From Felis catus (lineage: Eukaryota), in assembly GCF_018350175.1 (NCBI RefSeq), contig NC_058382.1, positions 57,600,001 through 57,664,000 on the forward strand: a stretch of DNA of 64,000 bases, in the 5' to 3' direction. The notes beneath the pieces were generated by a model, which saw nothing but the letters and a program-made list of their open reading frames with translations, had not been told where the DNA came from and made no database searches. Position numbers and translations under genes: made by a program. How positions within the stretch are numbered: the stretch's first letter is position 1; every line of letters starts with the position of its first letter. Below, one piece after another: positions 23,842-34,159 of the stretch.

Positions 23842-24061
23842 GGGGCGCCCGGGTGGCTCAGTCAGTTGAGCATCGGACTTCGGCTCAGGTCATGATCTCG
23901 CGGTTTGTGAGTTCGAGCCCCGCGTCAGGCTCTGCTGACAGCTTGGAGCCTGGAGCCTGGAGCCTGCTTCGGATTCTGTGTCTCCCTCTGTCTCTGCTTC
24001 TCTCCCACTTGCGCTCTGTCTCTCTCTGTCTCTCAAAAATGAATAAACTTAAAAAAATAAA
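23842..24061 (+). mobile_element. SINEC
   Basis: ggggcgcccgggtggctcagtc head; AATAAA-containing tail. Confidence 0.93.
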
Positions 24062-27000
24062 GATACTTTATTATTTTGAGACTTTTTATTGAGTCTGAGA
24101 AATAGAGACTTAGAAATTGCTGCTTAGAAATATAGAAAGTAGTTTTGAGTATTGCTTCCTGTAAAACAGAGCAGCGGTAGCAGCGACACTAAACTCCTGG
24201 GACCACACACAGCTTAGGCAAAGTGGTATTGTTTGCAGTTTCTTCCTCTTTGTTATAGGCTCCTGTGTAGACGTTTGCTTTGTAAGACGGTGAAATAAAT
24301 TCAGTTTGTTACGAGTAAGATCACTGCCACAGACTTCGCTCGAATGGGCAGGTTTTTAAGCGTAGGCCCACTTATTTTAAGCAGCATTTAACCGAGAGAG
24401 ACTCTAGTTCCATTAAAAGATCTGTTGACGATGGTTATCCCAGAGTTAGAATTAGCATTAGCATCTAACTGGTTCTACTAAGAGAGTAATTTTTATGTTG
24501 ATTATTGTATTTATTAACCTTTGATCAACAGGGAGAGGGAAATAGTTCAGATATGAAGTTTTTTCTGTTTTGAATTCTTAGAATAATATCAGTATCCACA
24601 TTTGATTTTTTTTTTTTTTTTTTTTAATCCCAAGTTCATTTAGTTTGGATGTCCACGTTTCTGGATCCTCTGCCCTGTCATTAAGTCTGTGGTTAATAAA
24701 TGCCAACTAATTTTTGTGTAACCACCAATGAGATACAAATTAGGAAGATAAACCAACTGTAAACAATAAGAACACCACATAAGGCATTTTGACCCGAAAT
24801 ACAGCCAGCTCTCGACTACTTGTACGTGTTGATCCGTTATGTTAGTGGGTTCTGCTCTCCCCTTCTTGGTGTAGGTTGTCCACGTTTTGTTGCGTTGGTG
24901 GGAACTCAAGTAGAAACTCTTACTCCAGGAGTTGGAAGGGAGGAGCGCTTGGGCTGACCCCCAGAGTGCTTTCCTCCAGCCCGCAGGGAGCAGGGGCCTG
25001 CATGGGCTTGGGGGGGGGGGTCTGTGGCAGTACCTGCTTGTTGCCATCTGAGAGGGGATATTTGCCACTTTTCAGTAGTAACAGCTGAACCAGGAGGTGA
25101 GGAAAAGAAACTTGAAAATCTTAGCTTGTTTTTGAAAGTGGTTACCAAGCCGCAGACCTGTCCACGTTTAAGAGTGAGTGTGGGGGACACACGGGTAGTA
25201 CAGGGATTCCCTGTGTGTTGTGACGAATGTTTAACTTTTCTGGGCTTTTGCTAAGAAACATTTATCATATCCGATGCTTTTGAGTCACAAACAGAGCTGT
25301 TTTGTATTTTATGTTCGGCTTTTAAAATCGTGCATCGGTGTGTCTTGTCTCAGAGGAGTGTAAATAATGGTGGGCAAGGAGAGGGACTAGCCTGAAACCC
25401 AAATAAAATGAATTAAAATTCCAGGGGGAAAGAGCGAAGTAAACTGAGGTCCTTGACAGCTGTAAAAATACACCTGTCTGGTGAAGAAATTGAAGTCCCT
25501 AATGCTACCGTTTATTATGAGTTTTAGTCAAAACCTATTAATGTATGGAATCGCACAGTGGTTTTATACCTAAAATTTGTTCCTGGAGATAGCAGCAGAA
25601 TCATTACAAGTTGGATCTGCTCAGAAAAATGAATTCCTGTGTCCGTATTTATTTCAAATATGTAAACAAGTACATACCTTGTGATCGATCATTTTGGTGG
25701 CTTATTATAAGGCAGATTTATTTATACTTCTCTTTTCCTAGGGGAATGATTTCTTAAATATTTTCTATTTCCTCTTCAGCTTTTCCAGAGCAGCGGAGGT
25801 AGTGATAATGTAGCGTAATGTAGCTGAAAAGGTACCAGCACCGGTTTGTAGGAGTCATGCTTGTGGATGGAGCGTCCGGTCCCTGTCTGATTCACTGTGT
25901 TTATGGTCCTGCTGGTATTTGGGCCGCGTCTCTCTCTTACGGAACTCAATCGAGACCCCCCTCCACTTACTTCCAGAGCGTGTGTGGGTCTGTGCGGCCA
26001 GCGGATAGTGGTACGTTTTGGTCACTTTGCTGTCCTGCTCCTGATTTGGTAACCCAAGAGAGCTTGTGTCCTTCCAAAGTGATGCGATGAGGGAAAGGGA
26101 AACACTTACCGGATGCTCTGGGCAGTTGAGGAAGGTGACAGAAAAAGCAGGTCAGCATCAGAATGTTGGTTTCAGGCCGGTTGCTGGGCCTTAAGAATCC
26201 AGGAAAGTTCTCTGCCCTGCATTTTCACAGATTTTAAAAGGTACCGTGACCTCTAAATCCTAGTTGTAGGAAAACAAAATTTGATGCCTAAAATACATAC
26301 AAAAATAATCCTGCTTTATACTGACTTAAAAGTTCACAGTGCAAGTGTTGCCTCCGGGTTTGTAAATCATTTCATTGGAATGATTTGTGGCAGTTTACGT
26401 GAGCCGCCGTGTATGACTTCAAATACAAGAAAGGCCGTTAACCACTCAGTTTTTCCGTGTGTCAGCAGATTTCATAAGAAAGTTAATTTTAATTCAGCCA
26501 TTTAATGTTTAAGCTGGTACAGAAGCGAAGGCACTTCGGACCTTGTATGTGGTATGGATCATTCTGGCATTCTGTGCCATTCCGGTCAACGCTGCGTGGG
26601 GCAGTCCCCCAGCCCGGTGCGAAGGGTGGATCGAGGAGGCCAGCTTCCTACAGCCGCTGTCTGGGTGGATCTGAGTAGTAAATTACACTGACAATAATGA
26701 ACTGGAAGGACGGCTTCCAGGGAGGTTTGTTGTTCCAGTTAACTTGTGATTATTTGCCTTAAAAGGTGAAATAGAGAACCAACAGTGATGACTTTGAGTT
26801 CACAGGTCCCACTTCAAGTTCCAGCCTTAGGAAGTACCCTGCCTTTTGTCCTTTGGCTCCGCCCTTCCTGGTTTTAATTCTTTTGACCTCAGAAATTGTT
26901 AGAGTGCTTATTGGACTTCAGGATAGGAATACAATAGCGAATGGAATTGGTGATGTTATAAAAGAAACTGAACTAAATGCAGCCGACAGTTAGGCCAAAG

Positions 27001-27285
27001 CCAGATTCCTACTGGCTTGTCTGCAAGTCAAGAAGAATTGACTTGAGTTACAAGTGGCAGGATTCAGCAATAATGACAGGTGACCCTTGATAGGAATTAG
27101 GATCTTTGCACGTGTGTGTCGCCGGGAGGGAGAGCAGGAGCGCGTCACAGGTGTCTGTCTGTGTTCCGCCCGGTTGTGGTCTTTGCGGCTGTTGAGGGGG
27201 GTGGGCCCAGTGGCAGGTGCTGCAGAACCAAACCTTTACATCGTTTGGATGTGTGTTTCTTAAGAGAAGATGAGAAGAAATTTCA

Positions 27286-27493
27286 TCTTTTTTTTTAAGT
27301 GTATTCATTTTGAGAGAGAAAGAGAGTGAGTGGGGGAGGGGCAGAGAGAGGAGGAGAGAAAGAGAATCCCAAGCAGGCCCCGCGCTGTCGGCTCAGAGCC
27401 TGATGCGGGGCTCGAACCCACAAAACGTGAAACCACAACCTGAGCCGAGACCAAGAGTTGGACATTTAGCCCACCTAGCCGCCCAGGCGCCCC
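27286..27493 (-). mobile_element. SINEC
   Basis: Core motifs; ends gcccaggcgcccc. Confidence 0.9.
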
Positions 27494-27600
27494 GAGGAGA
27501 TATTTAATTTTAATTTTTTTACAGACTTTCATTTCTTTTTAAATGGAACTTGATGTATATTCACAAAATGTCCAAAACTTAATTTTAAGTAATTTAACTT

Positions 27601-27791
27601 GCAGTACGAGCAGGGGAGGGGCAGAGAGAGAGGGAGACCCAGAATCGGGAGCAGGCTCCAGGCTCCATGCTCCAAGCTCCAAGCTCCAAGCTGTCAGCAC
27701 AGAGCCCGACGTGGGGCTCGAACCCACGAACAGTGAGAACATGACCCGAGCCGAAGTCGGACGCTTAACCCACTAGCCACCCAGGAGCCCC
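27601..27791 (-). mobile_element. SINEC lacking its tail; internal gctccaa expansion
   Basis: Body and head present; no adjacent (AG)n/T tail. Confidence 0.88.
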
Positions 27792-29005
27792 ACCGTTCTT
27801 TCTATTCTAATAAGGATTATCAGCGCCTGCCATCCTGCTAGGTGTCTCTGTAGACCCGTTGCGCTCTCGTGTGGGCACCTCTCATGGCCTTGCACGGTGC
27901 AGCCTGTCGACTCTGCCACAAGGGAGGCTGGAGTCTTCTGTTCCAGGCTGCGAAGTGAATGGAGCGCAGAGTCAGGGTTTGAACTCTGGTTGTCTGCTGG
28001 TTGTCTTCCTGGACTCGTGCCTTGAGTCTCCTTTGCAGGGGCGCCTGGAGGCTTTGTGAACGGTGTGATAGGATGACCCTCACACTCCACCAGGTCGTTT
28101 CTAACAAACTTGAGTGGAACCAACAACTTTAGTCTCCAGGTGTTTATTTCACCCCCACATTACCCTTAATAGTTACTTTCTGTATGCCACCTACTCTCTA
28201 GGTCAGTGAGTGACGATTGGCCTTGTCTTGAGCGTTGTCTGAAGAATAAGATACGAAAGGAACAGATGTCCGCTCTTATTAGCAGAAAGACAGCAATCGT
28301 CTGCAGAGAGGTGTGGGGCCTGAGGCCAGTAGGAGATGTGCTGGAATCAGTGGGGATGGCAAGATCAGGCCGGGACCGAGGAGGCCAGGAAGCTCTGGTA
28401 CCCACACGGGAAGGACTCAGCAGAGCAGTTAGCGGCGTGACGGGGTTGTCTGATACTAGGTGGGGGTGATGGCGCCTCCTGCCATGGAGATACGCAGTGT
28501 GCCTTCAGGGAAGACGGCTTCCAGTCAGCCCGCCTTCGAGAGTGGTGTTTAGGCTCACTGGAAGATGCTAACGACAGAATGGTAACTTTATTTTAGCTTG
28601 GGTAAGACTTGCCACTGTAGAGAACATTCTAGAATAGCAGTGTCCTGATTAAGGAAAATCTGGAATGTCTGGAATGGTTTCTTCTCTGTATGTTCTACCA
28701 TAAAAACCTTAATCTACAAATGTTTGAATATTGTACCAGAGGCTCTTGTAAAGAATGTTGAAGACTTGAAGCTAGTTCAGTACATCCCCTAGTAAATGTA
28801 CTGAGTGTCTTTTTGTTCCAGATTACGTGCTTTGAGTTTTTGCCCTGTTCATTTTGTGGCTACATGGCTGTTTGGAATGTTGTGTTACTTGCAGTCATTG
28901 AGCAAACCACTAGGTGATGCTGAGAGACTTGAATTTGAGATTGTAGATGTCGAACAGTGAAACTGCTTTTTTTTTTTTTTTCCTCCCTTAAAAAGTAAGT
29001 GAACT

Positions 29006-29233
29006 GGGGCGCCTGGGTGGCTCAGTCGGTTAAGCGGCCGACTTCGGCTCAGGTCATGATCTCGCTGTCCGTGAGTTCGAGCCCCACGTCGGGTTCTGTG
29101 CTGGCAGCTCAGAGCCTGGAGCCTGTTTCAGATTCTGTATCTCCCTCTCTCTCTGACCCTCCCCCGTTCATGCTCTCTCTCTGTCTCAAAAATAAATAAA
29201 CGTTAAAAAAAAAAAATTTAGTAAAAAAAATAA
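29006..29233 (+). mobile_element. SINEC (felid type)
   Basis: Full body; TSD aagtgaact. Confidence 0.95.
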
Positions 29234-29459
29234 AAGTGAACTGAGAGCAATGGCCCGAAGCTGGCGTTGCTTCCAACGGGAAGGGTCGATGTAGAAACTA
29301 AAGGTTTCTGTCCAGCCAGTACCTGCTGCTTCCCAGATCAGTGTTGGAAAGAAGTCAGCTGATAGTCAACTTTAAATTGGGTCTATTCTCTGCCTGCACA
29401 GGGCTGGAGTGTTTCAGCCTGCAGGTATGCAGATTATTCTGGGCACCTGGCTCGGTTGC

Positions 29460-29631
29460 AAACATAAGCAGGGGAGGAGCAGAGAGTGAGGGAGGCACAG
29501 AATGGAAGCAGCCTCCAGGCTCCGAGCTGTCAGCACAGAGCCCGACCTGGGGCTCGAACTCGTGAACCTTGAGATCATGACCTGAGCCCAAGTGACCTGA
29601 CGCTTCACTGACTGAGCCACCCAGGCGCCCC
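29460..29631 (-). mobile_element. SINEC lacking its tail
   Basis: Body and head present; tail absent. Confidence 0.88.
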
Positions 29632-30190
29632 ACACCTGTTTCCTTTTGAGCGTGGAGTTGATTTTTTTTTTTTATATTTAAGAAGATATTAATTCAAAGT
29701 ACTTTTGACCGTCTGCAAACATGCTTTTGAGTCTGTTAAGGCAGTTAACATGGGAGGGAAATTTCAGATCTTCTGGTCCTTTGCTTTCCATTTTCCTTCC
29801 GTGTCTTGCTAAACAAGAATTACTGTCACTAAGCCACCTCCCTCTTCTGTCTTTGCCCCTCCCCCACCCTAGAAGCCACTCCTTCCTTGGAATCCTCAAA
29901 AGAAATTGAGGTTGGGTGAGTCGGTCCTTCCCTGGCTGCCTCCCTCCACAGTCCTGTGCGCCCCTCAGCACCCCAGTCCTGTCTCACTCCTCAGGCAGGC
30001 TTCAGGCCGCTCCGCTCTGGCTCTCCTTCCTGGGGGCCTAGAGCCTGCTTCCGCCTCCACTGTTAATTCAAACCCCCGCGTCCTTCTAGGTTCTTCTTGG
30101 GCTGCCTCTTACATGTGGGTGGTGCTTAGGGCTCCGCTCCTGACACATCACTCCTGCTGAGGATGTCTGGTGCCAGCTGCCAGCTGTGGG

Positions 30191-30192
<2 letters not shown>

Positions 30193-30235
<43 letters not shown>
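30193..30235. repeat. (TG)n microsatellite, about 21 units
   Basis: Direct reading. Confidence 0.95.
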
Positions 30236-30239
<4 letters not shown>

Positions 30240-32598
30240 GTGGTACTTGCTGCTCTGTGGGTGTGAGTGCACTGCCGACTGGTGTAATCTGGGTACCTCG
30301 TTTCCACACCTCTGAAACTGAGCTTGTGACCTCATCGCTGTATGCAACAACAAGAAGCCTGCTCTGGGTGGGAGGCCCCATCGCCCCGGCCGGAGACCTT
30401 GCCGTGCCAGCTGCCATTTGCCGTCCTCGGCCCCCTGCCGCCTGACGGGTTGTCCAGTCTGTGGATCTGGCCGAGCATCCCGTCCGCCGACCCGCCTTCA
30501 GTTCAGCCTGCCCCGTTGTCCCCTTTTCGCTGGTCTACAAGCTCTCCTGCAGCAGGGCCACCTCTCAGCCACCTCTGTGCTTCCAGGACCCGGTGCCCGG
30601 GCAGGGCTCAGCGAGCGGCAGCGTGTCGTTAGCAGAGGTCCTGGTGGTGAGAAGGCGGTTGATTCCCAGTCTTCTGGTTTGGCAGAAACAGCATTGTTGT
30701 TCGTAGATGTAAAGCTGCTGTGGCAGAGACTCACAGGGGTCGTGCCTCTGCTAGAGTGTTCATCTGGGACGGATGCCCATTTGGAAATGCACAGATTTTT
30801 AATGGAATAATTATGTTAAATAATTGCCGTTCTGGGGCACACGTTGACAAGTATGGACCGTCGTGATAATACGCCACAAACACAACGCACAGCTCTGTTT
30901 TAAGGAGGAGATCTTAAGCCTGTGGGGAAAGTGAGCCCTGAAACCTTTGTGTGAAAGGGTCGTGGCGTGGAGCCCGGTACTTGCTGAGGGGCAGTGCGGA
31001 CGCGGGTGACGCGTCAGCTCAGGCCACAGCCGTGCCGGCTCCCTAACCCTCTGGGCCTCTGTTCTCTCGCCTGTGACGTGAGCAGGATAGCGGTGGCCCC
31101 CTGACAGGGGTGTGAGCGCAGTAACGAACGGTACAGCTGAGCCCCGCGGCACAGTGTCTCGTCACACGCCCTGTCCCGTCTCTGCCGGGAGGCGTCACCT
31201 GTCGCGCGTAGCCCAGCTCTGTACCTGGCGCGGTCCTCACGGACGCCCAGCGCTGCACCCGTGGTAGGAGAGAGAGCGGAGAGCTGTGCCAGCCCAAACT
31301 AGTTGAACAGGTCCCAGCGGGTCTTCTGGAGCCTGCGATGCTTTACTTTTTGTAAATGGGAAAATCATTCACTGTGCTTTGTCAGTTAGAGGGAAGATCA
31401 CGTTTACTGTCCCAGGAGGGAGGGGATAGGTGTGTGCGGACGTTAGAGCTGTGCAAATTAATTTCCTCATTTAAAGCTCAAGTCTGAGACCTGCCAGTCC
31501 AGCTGCGGTGTAGAATTAAAAAGCTTGCTTTTGTTGGATGCCTTGGATGGGTGCTGACATCACACGTACGCTCACTCCCTTTTTCTTTTCTGGGACACGA
31601 TTTAAAAGGAAGCGGTGTGGCTGCAGATCGTGGCTTTTAGGCACCGGCTGTGCCGCGTAGCTCCCGAATGACAGAGGCCGGCCGGCGGGGGTTTAGAGAC
31701 TCCGTCTCCTTCCTGGTGAAAGGGGGATGGTGGCGCTCCTCTGGATTGCTGAGGATTCAGTGCAGCCCCTTAGCGCTTGTACGTCATCGAGCGCTTGCCC
31801 GGGTAAAAGGTGTCCTCGACTCGTGGCTTCACTGGTACAAGATTCGTAACGGGACATGGGGAGGCTTTGTCTTGTTTTAAAACTTTACTGAAAAAAATTA
31901 CTTCAGGCGTCTAATTGCACCACTCGAGCGTTCTGTGAAGATGGCAGTCCCGTCTGTCTGCCGACCATAGAGAAGACTGACGTCAGGGTGAATCTGCCGA
32001 GAGGTGTGTTTCTGCCTGGAGCCAGGGCGTTCCAGCACACGCCTTGTGTGAGGAGTAGAAGTGCGCTATGTGAGACCGCTGTCCCAGAAAGGAGTGTCGC
32101 CCCTCCCTGGACGGTGATGGGTCGCCCACCGTTGGGGTGCGTGGGGTGCCGTGGCAGTTGCCGGGGCTTCCCCCGGACGAGGCTCCCGTCTGCCCTCGAA
32201 CTCCTCCGTAGCTGGCGTTCGAGGGACTGTGCTGTTGGCGGGGCCTGCCTCGCTGTCAGCGTGCGGGGAGGAGCCTGTGTGTCTCAGGTCTGTTCGCTGT
32301 AACCCATGTAGTTCAGCCGTTTCTGTTTCTTGTTACAGTAGTTCTCTGCTCCCTGGTTGGATCCCCACGGAAAGATAAACAAACCTAGTGTTTGGGGGGA
32401 GAGTATTTTTAAAAATTTTAAATCGTTGGTTATTGCACACGATATTGGGCCCCGTGAAGCTTCAACACAGTGTGCCTTTTCCTTGGATGTGTACTTTCTT
32501 GAGGGGGATTTTAACGCTCCTCCAGAGTGTGGGAATTTCGTTCACTGTTATTTACTGGATGTCGTTAACTTCTTAAATATGCTTCTTCACTCTTTCAG

Positions 32599-32690
32599 AG
32601 TTACTGGAGAATGTGACCCTAATACATAAACCAGTGTCATTGCAACCCCGGGGGCTGATCAATAAAGGAAACTGGTGCTACATTAATGCT
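32599..32690 (+). CDS. USP10: USP10 exon 5 ([31 protein letters not shown]); catalytic Cys424 codon at 32676-32678
   Basis: tctttcag| acceptor; USP Cys-box GLxNxGNxCYxNA; ends at U12-type donor |GTATCCTT; 92 nt, phase 1-0. Confidence 0.97.
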
Positions 32691-33216
32691 GTATCCTTCT
32701 CACATGCCGTCTCCAAGGCCCGCGGACCACGGCGTTCTCTTCCTCCGGTGCATTTGACTTAGTTCAGCTGCCATGGGGCTTCTGCCTTAAACTTTGAATC
32801 CGAAAACTGGGTTCCTTACTTAGTGTGCCTACCTTGCTTAAAAGATAGAGTTCTTCCTGCCCCCCAAAAAGATGATCTGTTGACCGGTGAGTGACAGAAT
32901 GAGGCCAATTTTATTTTCATTAGCATGGCCTCGAGTAATAGGGTAGCGTGTCCACTGACAGCTGGAAACGTTGTAATTGCTACATCTTGGTCGAATCGAG
33001 TTTTTGTATGTAAACTGCTGACTGCAGAGTAAGGCCTTACATGGAAATCGCAAGGCAGTTGTCCTTACGGTTATTTGGTCGATTCCTTGAAAGTTTACAT
33101 ACGTAAGTCTTCCAGTGTCCTTGGCTTAGTTTTACATGCTTTGCGTTTAATGTGCCTTTCAGAAGTTTGGAGTGTCTGTTTCATTTCCTTTACGCTTCCT
33201 TACTGCCACTCCTTAG
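32691..33216 (+). other. USP10: U12-type (minor spliceosome) GT-AG intron 5, 526 nt
   Basis: 5' site GTATCCTTCT matches the U12 consensus RTATCCTT; branch-like TTCCTTTAC (33185-33193) and TTCCTTAC (33196-33203) lie just before the tag acceptor; frame INA|TLQAL is continuous. Confidence 0.92.
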
Positions 33217-33326
33217 ACGCTGCAGGCACTGGTCGCCTGCCCTCCAATGTATCACCTGATGAAGTTCATCCCTCTGTATTCGAAAGTGCAAAGGCCTTGT
33301 ACGTCGACACCCATGATAGATAGCTT
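33217..33326 (+). CDS. USP10: USP10 exon 6 ([37 protein letters not shown])
   Basis: ccttag| acceptor; TT|gtaagt donor; 110 nt, phase 0-2. Confidence 0.97.
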
Positions 33327-33738
33327 GTAAGTAAGGTGCCTCCAGATGTGTCCAGGGGCTGGGTCGTTTCGCCTCTGATAATTCACATTCAAATAGTTTA
33401 GCGACGTTCTTACTTTCTTGCAGACGAGTCCTTTAATTTTTTAATTTTTTAAAATTCACTGTTTGTGTTTTTATGTGGAAGCTAACCAGAAATGCAATTG
33501 GAGCACTGCCTGTGTTCCTCAGATTTGTTTATGTCAGTTTAGTGCTTGCCAGTGTGTGTCCCTGAAGATCTTCCGGAAGTTACGTAGAAAAGGTGGAAGA
33601 ACCACTCACCGCTCTGGCATCGGTTGCCAAAAACTTGCCACCTTCATACTGACTGATATTCTGAGTAGCCATCGAGAGTCTCTAGTGAAAGGATGTCTTT
33701 TACAAAAATGTACTAAACTTTTTCTCCCCCGTGTTTAG

Positions 33739-33794
33739 TGTTCGGCTAATGAATGAGTTTACTAATATGCCAGTACCTCCAAAACCCAGACAAG
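33739..33794 (+). CDS. USP10: USP10 exon 7 (VRLMNEFTNMPVPPKPRQ)
   Basis: gtgtttag| acceptor; AAG|gtgagt donor; 56 nt, phase 2-1. Confidence 0.96.
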
Positions 33795-34055
33795 GTGAGT
33801 AGCGGTGAGGCCTCCTGATGCCATTGTGTATGGACGGCTGGGGAGGCAGGTGGCTAAATTTCATACGTTCGGTCTTGTCGCGAAGAAAAGGTTTTTAAAA
33901 TAACTGGTGCTACACCTGTGCTGTTCTCAGCGTCCCGGGGGGCGGGGCGGGGAGGGGGCGGGGCTGTGCGGGGGCGGGGTGCCCCGGTGATGTTGCCTTT
34001 CATCGTGTTAAGACTCTGTTTCCGTGACGAGAATCTGTGTCCTGTTCCGTTGCAG

Positions 34056-34159
34056 CTCTTGGGGATAAAATCGTGAGGGATATCCGCCCTGGAGCTGCTT
34101 TTGAACCTACGTACATTTACAGACTCCTGACGGTGATCAAGTCGAGCCTGTCTGAAAAG
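34056..34159 (+). CDS. USP10: USP10 exon 8 ([35 protein letters not shown])
   Basis: ttgcag| acceptor; AAG|gtttgg donor; 104 nt, phase 1-0. Confidence 0.96.

Noticed and set aside
29006..29090. tRNA-like A/B boxes at SINE heads as tRNA genes
   Set aside because: SINEC is tRNA-derived; each is followed by the SINE body, CT tract and A tail.
33902..33914. AACTGGTGCTACA, identical to the catalytic Cys codon region of exon 5
   Set aside because: Shared 13-mers are expected by chance in 64 kb and the match does not extend.
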